Shown here: positions 44,859 through 59,748 of the stretch, in pieces
Numbering within the stretch: the stretch's first letter is position 1
Layout of the letters: each line of letters starts with the position of its first letter
NCBI GenBank assembly: GCA_965221295.1
Contig: OZ244879.1
Location: 2,897,603-2,961,602, forward strand
DNA: 64,000 nt
Reading direction: 5' to 3'
Source of the DNA: Dehalococcoidia bacterium
GTDB taxonomy: Bacteria; Chloroflexota; Dehalococcoidia; Lucifugimonadales; UBA3495
Notes under the pieces: generated by a model
Told to the model about the DNA's origin: nothing
Databases searched by the model: none
Seen by the model: the letters and a program-made list of their open reading frames with translations, nothing else
Translations under genes and position numbers: made by a program

Positions 44859-46538
44859 ATGCTAGTCAGAGAAACCATCGCCAACGCGGTTGCCGCCGCC
44901 CTCGAACGAGCCGTCTCCGACGGAGCGATCAGCATCGACACCACACCCGAAATCGAGGTCGAACGACCCAACAACTCTGAGCACGGCGACTTCGCCACCA
45001 ATCTTCCCCTGCGCCTGGCCAGGGAAGCCCGAGCCAACCCCCTCCAGCTGGCCGGGATCATCGCGGACCGCATCGAGAGTTTGCCAGAAATCGACAGCGT
45101 TTCGCCGGCGCCGCCCGGTTTCGTCAATTTCAAGCTCAGCGACGCGTGGTTGCAGGAGCAAGTGGAGGTTGTGCGCTCCGCCGGGGATACCTTCGGCGCC
45201 TCCAACTTGGGCGCCGGACGCAAGGTCATGGTCGAATTCGTCAGCGTGAATCCCACCGGCCCGGTGCACGTCGGCCACACCCGGGGCGCGGCCCTCGGCA
45301 GCGCCCTGGCCAACACCCTGGCCGCCGCCGGCTACGACGTAACCAGGGAGTATTACGTCAACGACGCCGGTTCCCAGATGGATGCGTTCTACCGCTCAGT
45401 TTGGGCCCGCTACCAGCAGGCGCTGGGCCATGACGCCGAGATGCCAGAAAATGGCTACCAAGGCGATTATATCGCTGACATCGCAGCGCAGATCATTGCA
45501 ACCGACGGCGCCGGATATTTGACGAAGGGAGACGCCAACGCCATACGGGAAATCGGCAACGTCGCTCGGGAAAAGATGGTCGCTCTGATCCGCGACGACC
45601 TGAACGCCATCGGCGTAGACTTCGACAACTGGTTCAGTGAGCGATGGCTGTTTCAAAACGAAGACTACGACCGCGCCATGGCTCGGCTACGCGACGGAGG
45701 CCATTTGGCCGAACGCAGCGGCGCCCTTTGGTTCATATCCACCGCGCTCGGCGACGAACGGGACAATGTCGTGGTGCGCTCCTCTGGCGAACCCACCTAC
45801 TTCGCGTCCGACATCGCTTATCACTACAACAAATTCGTGGACCGCGGCTTCGACCACGTAATCGACATTTGGGGCGCTGACCACCAGGGCCACGTGCCTC
45901 GCATGAAGGCGGCGGTGCAGGCCCTGGGCATCGACCCGGACAATCTCACGGTGCTCATATCCCAGATGGTCACCTTGAAGCGCGGCGACGAAACTGTCCG
46001 GGCTTCCAAGCGCACCGGAGATTTCGTGACTCTACGGGAACTGGTCGATGAAGTCGGCATGGATGCCTGCCGCTACTTCTTCCTAGCCCGGGCCGCCTCC
46101 ACCCAGATGGAATTCGACCTGGAACTGGCAACCCGGGAATCCTCCGAGAACCCGGTTTACTATGTGCAGTACGCCCACGCCCGCAACGCCAGCATCCTGA
46201 ACCTGGCGGCCGAGCGCAATATCGACTACGGCGGCGGCAACGTGAGCCTGCTGACTCATCCTCACGAGTTGGCGCTGATCCGCGCCATGCTGCGGCTGCC
46301 GGAGCTCGTAGTCCAGGTCGCGGAGAACCTGGAACCCCACCATCTGCCGCATTACGCCATGGAGTTGGCAACCGCGTTCCACCATTTCTACGAGAGCTGC
46401 CGGGTAATCTCGGCCAATGCTGAAGACAACGACCTTACCCTGGCCCGACTCAAACTGGTCGCCGCGGCGCAGGTGGCTTTCCGCCGCACGCTGAATCTGA
46501 TGGGCATGTCCGCTCCAGACCGCATGGAACGCGCTTAG
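44859..46538 (+). CDS. argS: Arginine--tRNA ligase
   Basis: FVSVNPTGPVHVGHTRGAALG (HIGH), the MSAP..M region, and the Add-1 N-domain HGDFATNLPLRLA. Confidence 0.9.
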   Translation: MLVRETIANAVAAALERAVSDGAISIDTTPEIEVERPNNSEHGDFATNLPLRLAREARANPLQLAGIIADRIESLPEIDSVSPAPPGFVNFKLSDAWLQEQVEVVRSAGDTFGASNLGAGRKVMVEFVSVNPTGPVHVGHTRGAALGSALANTLAAAGYDVTREYYVNDAGSQMDAFYRSVWARYQQALGHDAEMPENGYQGDYIADIAAQIIATDGAGYLTKGDANAIREIGNVAREKMVALIRDDLNAIGVDFDNWFSERWLFQNEDYDRAMARLRDGGHLAERSGALWFISTALGDERDNVVVRSSGEPTYFASDIAYHYNKFVDRGFDHVIDIWGADHQGHVPRMKAAVQALGIDPDNLTVLISQMVTLKRGDETVRASKRTGDFVTLRELVDEVGMDACRYFFLARAASTQMEFDLELATRESSENPVYYVQYAHARNASILNLAAERNIDYGGGNVSLLTHPHELALIRAMLRLPELVVQVAENLEPHHLPHYAMELATAFHHFYESCRVISANAEDNDLTLARLKLVAAAQVAFRRTLNLMGMSAPDRMERA

Positions 46539-46814
46539 CCCCACATCGCACCCGGCCGGAGGCCCCACGGCGCTGGCCGAACTGGTGTCTGCGTCCCGCT
46601 GCCTTGGGACAGCGCTTCCATATTGATGCACGCGTTTGCCGGGATGCCCGCGTACGCCGGTTTTTAGTGACTGGAATCGGCTTCACAATTGAGAAAAACC
46701 ATCGATCTCCACGTTCTCGCTAAACGTTCTGGACTCCCTTTTGCCCACGGATTTGGAGGGGCTATTGGAGGGGCTATTTCAGATGCGATTGCCCGTTCGG
46801 CAAGCCGACTTACG

Positions 46815-46844
46815 TTGACAGATTCCAATTTGCGAGTGTACAAT
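46815..46844 (+). promoter_or_regulatory. Sigma-70-like promoter for rpoBC
   Basis: Consensus TTGACA (46815-20), 18-nt spacer, TACAAT (46839-44), in an AT-richer 490-bp intergenic region about 185 nt upstream of rpoB. Confidence 0.4.
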
Positions 46845-47029
46845 CAAGCACCCCCTTATCGTATGTCAATCGTCGCCACTGCCCCAGATTCTAGCCTGCG
46901 CTCTCTGAACTGAAGCCTCTCGAGATTCGGCTTGCCACAATTGGCGGGCCGAGTCGTTGTGTCTATTCCAGCCTCAGTGAAGGCGGGCCGCCCTCAGTTA
47001 AAGCCCCCACCGCCAGGAGTGTCGATCTT

Positions 47030-51640
<4,611 letters not shown>

Positions 51641-51643
51641 ATA

Positions 51644-54600
51644 TGGTCAGGATGCTCGACAGTCGCGAAGCCACTACCTCCTCCGACTTCAACGCCATTC
51701 GCATTTCCATCGCCTCGCCCGAGCAGATCCGTGGCTGGTCTTCCGGCGAGGTGCAGAAGGGCGAGACCATCAACTACCGCACCCAGCGGCCCGAAAAGGA
51801 CGGCCTATTCTGCGAAAAGATCTTTGGCCCCACCAAGGACTGGGAATGCCAATGCGGCAAGTACAAGCGGCAAAAGTACAAGGGAGTAGTCTGCGACCGT
51901 TGCGGCGTTGAGGTGACGCGTTCCAATGTCCGCCGCCAGCGCCTGGGGCACATCGCCCTGGCCGCCCCGGTGGCCAACATCTGGTTCGTCAAGAACACCC
52001 CCAGCGTGATGAGCCTCACCCTCGACCTCAAACTCTCCGACCTGACGCGCGTGCTGTACTACTCCGCGTTTGTCATCAACCAAGTTGACGTCGACCTGAT
52101 GCGGGAACAGTTCGAGCGGCACGAGGGCGAAGTTGAACTGATCCGCAGCGGCCCGATCTCGGTGGCCGACGGCGCGCTCCAGAGCATCGCCAACCGAATC
52201 GCCGACTGGGATCTGGAAAGCCGGCGCGCCGAAGCCGCCGCCGCAGTGCGCGGTATGCCGGAACGACTCAGCGGCGCCATCGACGCCGCCCACGCCGCTC
52301 TGGCCCGGCTCACCGCGGCCGACCCGGATGGCGATGTTGACCACGCCTCCGATCTGCAGGTCCTGCGGGATGTGGCCGAAGCGAGCGTGGCGGCCCACGC
52401 CGCCGTGATGGCCGCTGGACTCAATAGCCTGCGACCCGAAGACCTGGAATCACCCGAACAGCTGTCGCTCTTGGCTGTGGATGGCGACCCCATGGCCGCC
52501 GCCATTTCCAGGTTCTTCCACGGACCTACTCCCATTACCAACTCCCTGGAGCGGCTTGGCGTCAACGTATCCAGCGTCATTGAAGCCTTTTCCGCATGGC
52601 GCAACGGGCCAACGGAAGAACTCCAAGACGACGTTGCCGACGCCGCCGACCGCCTGCGGTCGGACATCGCCGAAATCGGCCAAGATGTGCTGCTGCCGAC
52701 GTTGAACGACCTGCAAGGCATATTCGCCAGCCCCACTCCGCATGACGAAGAGCCGACCTCTTCGGAGTTCATGGCCGCCGACTTGGCCACGATACGGCAG
52801 GCTCTGGCCGAAATCGAAGCGGCGGTGCGCGCGTGGAACTACCGGCGCGGGGAGGACAACCCCGAAGGTCGCGGCTGGAACGTGCCCGCCTTCTCGGCGC
52901 TGCTCGAACGGCTCCAAATCGACAGCGATGACATCAAGGCCATTTCCAGGCTCGAAGAACGCATCGAAGGCATTTCAGATGTGGTCGATCACGCCGGTCG
53001 CCAGAAGGAAATCGGACTGTGGCGCGATGAACTGGTCAAGTTGCAAGACCTGATCAGCAGCGTGGATGGCTACTTGGTGCGCGCCCTGACTGAACGCCGC
53101 AAGGAAGCCGTGGACCTCATCCAGGCCATGCGGTGGCTGCGGTGGGATCCTTCGCAACGCCTCCGCAGCGCCGATGTGGACTGGCTTTGGGACGACCTGA
53201 AACTGCCCGCCTGGGCGCGCGACGAGGTGGAACTTCCGGACGAATTCTACATCGCCCGCAGCGGCTCTGGCGGCCTCCGCCTCACCATCCTTTCGACCAG
53301 TCGTTACGACCGGCTCAAGCCCTTCTGGGGCGACTCTTTCGACGCTGAAATGGGCGCCGAACCGGTTCTGGAATTTCTCAAGCTCATGGACACCGACCTA
53401 GACCAGGAACGGTATTACACGGAGCTTGAGATGCGGGCTACCTCGGCCCAAATCCGCACCAAGGCCGGCAAGCGGATGCGCCTCCTCGAGACCTTCCGCC
53501 GTAGCGAAAACCGGATGCAGGACATGATCATGACCGTCCTGCCCGTGCTACCACCGGAATTGCGGCCCATGGTTCAACTGGACGGCGGACGCTTCGCCAC
53601 CAGCGACCTGAACGACCTCTACCGACGAGTGTTGTCCCGCAACCATCGCCTCAAGCGCTTCGCCAGTATGCGCGCCCCGGGCCTGATGATCCGGAACGAG
53701 AAGCGAATGCTGCAGGAAGCGGTGGACTCCCTCATCGACAACGGGCGCCAGGGCAAAGCCGTCAAGGGCAAGCGCGACCATGCCCTAAAATCGTTGAGCG
53801 ACCTGCTCAAAGGCAAGCAGGGACGTTTCCGTCAGAACCTGCTCGGCAAGCGCGTGGACTACTCCGGCCGCTCCGTAATCGTGGTTGGCCCCGAGCTGAA
53901 GATGGACGAGTGCGGCCTCCCCAAGCGCATGGCCCTGGAACTCTTCAAGCCCTTCGTGATGCACCGCTTGGTGATCAGCGCTTTGGCCCCCAACATCAAG
54001 GCCGCCAAACGCATGGTCGAACGCTCATCGCCCGAAGTTTGGCACATCCTTGAAGACGTGATCAAAGACCGTCCGGTGATGCTCAACCGCGCTCCCACCC
54101 TGCACCGCCTGGGCATCCAGGCGTTCAAACCTGTTCTGATCGAAGGCAGCGCGATTCAACTCCATCCGTTGGTCTGTTCCGCTTTCAACGCCGACTTCGA
54201 CGGGGACCAAATGGCCGTTCACGTCCCGCTGTCCTCGATGGCAGTCAACGAGACCGGCACCGTGATGCTCAGCATTAACAACATGCTGTCCCCAGCCTCC
54301 GGCGAGCCGTTGGTGGCGCCCACCCTGGACATGGTGATGGGTTGCTACTACCTGACCGAACTGGCGCCCAACGCCAAAGGCGCTGGCGACATTTTCTACG
54401 ACATCAACGAAGCCCGCATCGCCTACTCTGACGGCCAGATCGACCTGCGGGCGCCGATCACCGTCCTCAGCGTCTCCGGCGCCGAGGGCAAGGTCGAGAC
54501 CACGATGGGCCGGCTGATCTTCAACGAAGCCCTGCCGGATTCGTTGGAATACAAGAACGCGCTCATGGACCGCGGAGCCATCAAGGACCTGACCTCTGAA

Positions 54601-56868
54601 CTGCACCGGAGCCTGTCCAACGACGAAACCGCCCGCGTTCTCGACCTCGTCAAGGAAATCGGCTTCTACTACGCCACCAAGTCCGGCATCACCATCGCCA
54701 TCAACGACATCCAGGTATCTGACCGCAAGCAGGACATCCTGAATGACGCCGTCGACAAAGTTGCCCAACATGAGGACAACTTCATGATGGGCATGATGAC
54801 CGAGGACGAGAAATACGAGCGCATCATCGAAACCTGGACCCAGGCGTCGGACGACATGCAGCGCGTAGTTCAAGAAGACCTCGGCAACTACGGCGGGGTT
54901 GGCGTCATGGCCGCCTCGGGCACCAAGGGCAACATTTCCCAGATCAAGCAGATGGCGGGAATGCGCGGCCTGATGAGCGACCCTGAAGGACGCATCATCG
55001 AGCGGCCGGTGAAGTCAAGCTTCCGAGAAGGCTTGACCGCCTTGGAGTATTTCATCTCCACCCACGGCGCCCGCAAGGGACTGACCGACACCGCATTGCG
55101 CACCGCCGACAGCGGCTACCTCACTCGTCGCCTGGTGGACGTGTCTCAGGAGGTGATCGTTCGCGACCACGATTGCGAATTCGCCGAGCCCTTCTACGTG
55201 CAACCCAGGCCCAACGACTATGACCTCAGCACCATCGCTGAGCGCATCGTAGGGCGCACCGCAGGCGATGTCATCGCCGACCCGACCAGCGGAGAAATCA
55301 TTGTTGACCGCAACGAAATGATCGACGAGACCATCGCCGAACAGATCAAGGAAGCTGGCATTGACCGCGTGCCAGTGCGGTCTCCGCTGACCTGTCAAAC
55401 CCCGCGCGGCATCTGCCAGATGTGCTACGGACGACTGCCCGCCACCGGCAAACTGGTCGAGATCGGCCAGGCCGTGGGCGTCATTGCCGCCCAGAGCATT
55501 GGCGAACCCGGCACTCAGCTCACCATGCGCACCTTCCACACCGGAGGAATCGCCGGTTCGGACATCACCACCGGCCTGCCCAGGGTGCAGGAGCTTTTCG
55601 AGGTCCGTCCTCCCAAAGGCGCTGGCGTTCTGACCCACATTGACGGCATCGCCTACATCGAGGAAGACGCCAATGGATCCCGCCGCATCCGCGTCACCTA
55701 CGACGACGAGGAACGCCACGACTACCCGCTGCCGGAAGGCGCGATCCGTCTGGTGCAACCCGGCGAACCCATCGCAGAGGGCAACCTGCTGGCCGTGGTG
55801 ATCAGCCCCGACGCTCCCGTCGATGGCGACGGGACCGCAACCGCCTTGACCGGAACCGGCATCGTGCAGGAGATTCGCTCAGATTACCAGGGCGAAGTCG
55901 AGATTTCCGCCCAGGGCGTAACCGTGGTCTGGCGCGAGGAAGAATCGCGTTCCTACGACATCAGTTCGCAGATGAATCTCAAGATCCGCGACGGCCAGCA
56001 GGTCTGGGCCGGAGACGCGCTGGTGGACGGCCCCCTGGACCTCCGGGAACTGCTGGACATTCGCGGTCTGGAGGGCCTGCAGCACTACTTGGTGGACGAG
56101 GTTCAGGAGGTTTACCGCTCCCAAGGCGTCAGCATCCACGACAAGCACATTGAAGTGATCCTGCGCCAAATGCTCCGCCGGGTTCAGGTGGAAACCGCTG
56201 GCGACACGGAATTCATCCCCGGCGATGTGGTTGACAAGTTCCGGTTCCAAGACCAGAACAACCACGTACTGGCTGAGGGTGGAGAACCCGCCACCGCCAA
56301 GACCCTGTTGCTGGGCGTATCCAAGGCGGCCCTTGCCACCGACAGCTTCCTATCCAAGGCTTCCTTCCAGGAAACCACCAAGGTGCTGACCATGGCCGCC
56401 GTGGCCAGCGACCGAGACTGGTTGCGCGGCTTGAAGGAGAACGTCATCATTGGTCGCCTCATTCCGGCCCGCCTGGAGTCCCTGCTCGCCGCCGAGCACA
56501 CCCTAGCCCTCATGGAGGCCTTCGAGGATGACGAGGACGACGTACTGGCGGCGCCAGCCTGGCTCTCCGGTGATGGCGACTTCCCCGACGGCCTTGGGCC
56601 CATGCAGCGGGCTGCCCTAGACTTGCCCCAGGATGTAATCGACGAAGAACTGATCTCGGGACAACCGACCCCATCCTTGGTAGTCGGCTCGGGATTCGAC
56701 GACGCCGGTTACCAGATCCGCACCTCAGAGGAGGAGGAAGAACTCATCCGTCGCGCCCAGTCCCTCACCGAGGCGGATTCGGAGGTGGACCGGGAAGTGG
56801 AATCCAGCGCCTCTCGCATCTTCTCGCCCTTTGACGACGAGGACGACGAGGACATCCCGGCGCTCTAG
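51644..56868 (+). CDS. rpoC: DNA-directed RNA polymerase subunit beta' (1740 aa, with a large insertion)
   Basis: Zn motif CQCGKYKRQKYKGVVCDRCGVEV, VLPPELRPMVQLDGGRFATSDLNDLYRRV, catalytic NADFDGDQMAVH, trigger loop and bridge helix. The ATG at 51644 is 7 nt after GGAGGTGA. The upstream part of the track ORF overlaps rpoB out of frame. Confidence 0.97.
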
Positions 56869-56898
56869 TTTCACGCGGCGCAACATGTCGAGATTGGG

Positions 56899-56930
56899 CA
56901 GGGGCGAAGCGATTTTCGCCCCTGTCTTTA
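56899..56930 (+). terminator. Intrinsic terminator-like hairpin downstream of rpoC
   Basis: CAGGGGCGAA-gcgatt-TTCGCCCCTG (perfect 10-bp stem) followed by TCTTTA. Confidence 0.5.
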
Positions 56931-56958
56931 CGCATAGGCAAGCGTGAGGCCACCACCA

Positions 56959-57915
56959 ATGGAACTTACCGTCAACCTGGCTCCCGAACGTCCCGGCGGA
57001 CTGACGCTTTCCAACCCGGTCATGATCGCTTCCGGAACGCTGGGGTACGACGGGTACGGCCGCGGCTTTAAACCGGACGCCCCCCTGGGTTCTCTGGGAG
57101 CGATCGTGCCAAAGACGTTCACGCGCCACCCGAGGCAGGGCAATCCGGAACCTCGTTGGTTCCCCCAGTCCTTCCGAGAGGCGATGCGGGACGGCGAAAC
57201 CACCTTGCTAAATTCCATCGGCCTCACCAACCCCGGCATCAAAGCGGCCATGGCTGACCTCGCTCCCCAGTGGGACGCCGCTTACGCCAACGTGGTCCTG
57301 AGCATGTCGGCCGAAAGCGCCGAGCAGTGGGAGGAGATGGCGTCTTTTACCGTCGGCGTCAAGGGCTTCGTAGCAATCGAGCTCAACCTCAGTTGCCCCA
57401 ATGTGGGGGACGGAGCAATGTTCAGCCACCAACCACGTCTCACCGAGGCTGCGGTGGCCGGCGTGCGCCGCCAAACCGAATTGCCGCTGTGGGCCAAGCT
57501 GGCCCCCAACGTGCCCGACATCACTGAAATCGCCCACTCCGCGGTATCCGCTGGCGCCGACGCATTGACCATCTCCAACACCATACCCGCGCTGCATGTG
57601 GACGTTGAGTCCGGCCAGCCCGTTCTGGGCACGGGCTATGGCGGATTGTCCGGTCCAGCCCTGCGGCCCATTGCCATGGCCCTGGTGCACAAGGCGGCTC
57701 AATCGGTCGATGTCCCCGTGATCGGAGTGGGCGGGATCACAACGGGCCGCGACGCCGCCGAGTTCCTAATGGCCGGAGCCACCGCAGTGCAGGTGGGCAG
57801 CGCCAACCTGGCTGATTTGGACGCGCCTTTCCGCATCCTGGCGGAGTTGAAGGCGCTACTGGCTGAGTGGGAAGTCGCCAACGTATCCGAAATAGTCGGC
57901 AAAGCCTGTTTTTAA
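56959..57915 (+). CDS. pyrD: Dihydroorotate dehydrogenase, class 1 catalytic subunit
   Basis: LSNPVMIASGT, NSIGLTNPG, IELNLSCPNV (Cys base), LAPNV, ISNT, GGLSGPALRPIA, GVGGI. The alternative start is GTG 56944. Confidence 0.85.
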   Translation: MELTVNLAPERPGGLTLSNPVMIASGTLGYDGYGRGFKPDAPLGSLGAIVPKTFTRHPRQGNPEPRWFPQSFREAMRDGETTLLNSIGLTNPGIKAAMADLAPQWDAAYANVVLSMSAESAEQWEEMASFTVGVKGFVAIELNLSCPNVGDGAMFSHQPRLTEAAVAGVRRQTELPLWAKLAPNVPDITEIAHSAVSAGADALTISNTIPALHVDVESGQPVLGTGYGGLSGPALRPIAMALVHKAAQSVDVPVIGVGGITTGRDAAEFLMAGATAVQVGSANLADLDAPFRILAELKALLAEWEVANVSEIVGKACF

Positions 57916-57923
57916 CCACCCGC

Positions 57924-59132
57924 CTACCATGCGGATCGCAAAACTCCGGCAAGTTCTTCGGCCCCATTGATGGGCCGCACGTTGCGGTGCAACCCAAAAT
58001 CGGTCATCGCGTCCTCGGCGATTGCGGCGATTCCATCCTTGGCGACCCCGACTTCCCGCAACGCGGTCGGCAATCCTACCGCCTCAAAGAAGCCCGAAAC
58101 CGCTTCGGCGGCGGCCTCCGCCGCTTCCGAATCCCCAGCGTCTGGCTCACGCACGCCCAACGCTTCGGCGACCCGGGCTTGGCCCATCACGTTGTGGGAC
58201 TTATTGAACCGCATCCCCGGTGCGGTGAGTATGGAATACGCCGCGCCGTGACTGCACTCTGGGTAACGAGTGTCCAGGCTGTGAGCGAGCGCGCTGACTA
58301 CTCCCAGCGCCGACCCACTGGCTCCCGTATCCCACGCGCGGTTGTACATGAACGAGGCCAGGCATAGATTCACCCTGGCGTTGCCGTCCGCGGGATTCTT
58401 CCTCACCGCGGGCAGGTTTTCCACCAGTAGGCCCAGCGTCGCCAGCAGGTCTGCCGTCGCCATGGCGTTCAGAGCCGGCGCTTGCAAGGCGCTGATCACG
58501 CCGCTGAACAACGACCCCGACGCGCTGACGCAGAGCTCAGACGGCGCGGTCAGCAGTGCTTCAGTGTCCCACACCACCGCGGCGGGTCGCGTCTTCGGAT
58601 CGAACATTTCCAGCCGATGCCCGGTTTCGTCATCGATGATTGCAGAGCCAGCCCGTGTGGCCGCCGTCGTCGGCGTGGTCAACGCCAAGATGTTGGGCAG
58701 TTTTGGCTGCATCAGCCTGGGACTGATGGGACGCTGGCCCGGCGGGTATTTGGTGGCGTGATCCTGCGGGACGCCGCCTTCCGCCAGCATGATGATGATT
58801 GCCCTAGCGGTCACCACTGCGCTGCCGCCGCCAATCGCGATGATGAGGTCCGCGTTGGCTTCCCTGGCCATCCGCGTCCCTTCCAACACTGTTGATTCCG
58901 GGGACCCGGCCGTTACCCCGTCGAAGACCCCGGCTGGCTCCATGCCCGATGCGGTTGAAACTCGCTCCAGCAAATTGGTGCGGCGGGCCACCGACTGGCC
59001 ACACACCACAAAGGGACGGCTTGCGCCCAACCGTTCCGTTTCCCGTCGCAGGTTGGAAATCGCGTCGTCGCCAGCGTAAACGCGCACGGGATAAGCCACG
59101 TGCCGGAATGGATTCACAGTGATTTCAGACAT
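57924..59132 (-). CDS. Iron-containing (group III) alcohol dehydrogenase / maleylacetate reductase-like
   Basis: RPFVVCGQS, IIAIGGGSAVVTARA, and a His-rich C-terminal metal site (HSLD...H). Confidence 0.8.
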   Translation of the reverse strand: MSEITVNPFRHVAYPVRVYAGDDAISNLRRETERLGASRPFVVCGQSVARRTNLLERVSTASGMEPAGVFDGVTAGSPESTVLEGTRMAREANADLIIAIGGGSAVVTARAIIIMLAEGGVPQDHATKYPPGQRPISPRLMQPKLPNILALTTPTTAATRAGSAIIDDETGHRLEMFDPKTRPAAVVWDTEALLTAPSELCVSASGSLFSGVISALQAPALNAMATADLLATLGLLVENLPAVRKNPADGNARVNLCLASFMYNRAWDTGASGSALGVVSALAHSLDTRYPECSHGAAYSILTAPGMRFNKSHNVMGQARVAEALGVREPDAGDSEAAEAAAEAVSGFFEAVGLPTALREVGVAKDGIAAIAEDAMTDFGLHRNVRPINGAEELAGVLRSAW

Positions 59133-59283
59133 TGCCGCTCCATGTCAATTGAGCGCAGGTGGTCATCCAAACACGAGCGCTCCACGATATACGGGTCATC
59201 ATGACAGCAGTGTATCCGACCAATCATCCGGCCGCCAACATCTGCGAAACCGCGCCTGCCCGTGCTAAAATTGCGCTATAACC

Positions 59284-59742
59284 ATGTTCGAACACGCGCC
59301 ACAACAACAGTCCTTGGCATCGCGCCTCGTCCGACATCGCAGCCAGGCCCTGCGACTGCTGGAATCCGCCCAAGCTGCAATGAGCCGTGGCCGGTGGAGC
59401 CAATCCGAGGATCTGATCTGGGGCAGCCTCGTGGCCGCGGCACGCGGCGTCGCCCTATGGCATGGGGAACCGGCGGATACCGACGAACAGCTGCGGGCGT
59501 TCCTGCGCCGCTTGGGCGATCAGGAACGCAACCGACACATCCGCGACGCCTTCGACCATCTGGCCGCCCTCGCCGATGCCGCCGAACGGGTACGCGAACG
59601 CCGCAGCCGCGTGGATTACCTGTTTCTGGCCATGGACGACCTGGTCGAATCCGTGGAACAATTGGTTGCGCGCATTCCAGGCGGCGACGAACAGGTTGCA
59701 GTCGCCGAACCCGACCCCAGCGCCGCGGATTTGGGCAGGTAA
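59284..59742 (+). CDS. Hypothetical all-helical protein with an Rx4H (HEPN-like) motif
   Basis: 152 aa. The motif is IRDAFDHL at about residues 87-94. The stop is 6 nt before the mtaB-like start. No other motif was recognised. Confidence 0.4.
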   Translation: MFEHAPQQQSLASRLVRHRSQALRLLESAQAAMSRGRWSQSEDLIWGSLVAAARGVALWHGEPADTDEQLRAFLRRLGDQERNRHIRDAFDHLAALADAAERVRERRSRVDYLFLAMDDLVESVEQLVARIPGGDEQVAVAEPDPSAADLGR

Positions 59743-59748
59743 GGGTGC

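Noticed and set aside
46689-46913. 74-aa ORF in the rpoB upstream region
   Set aside because: It has a TTG start without an RBS, spans the best promoter candidate for rpoBC, and has no recognisable motif. It is more likely 5' leader DNA.
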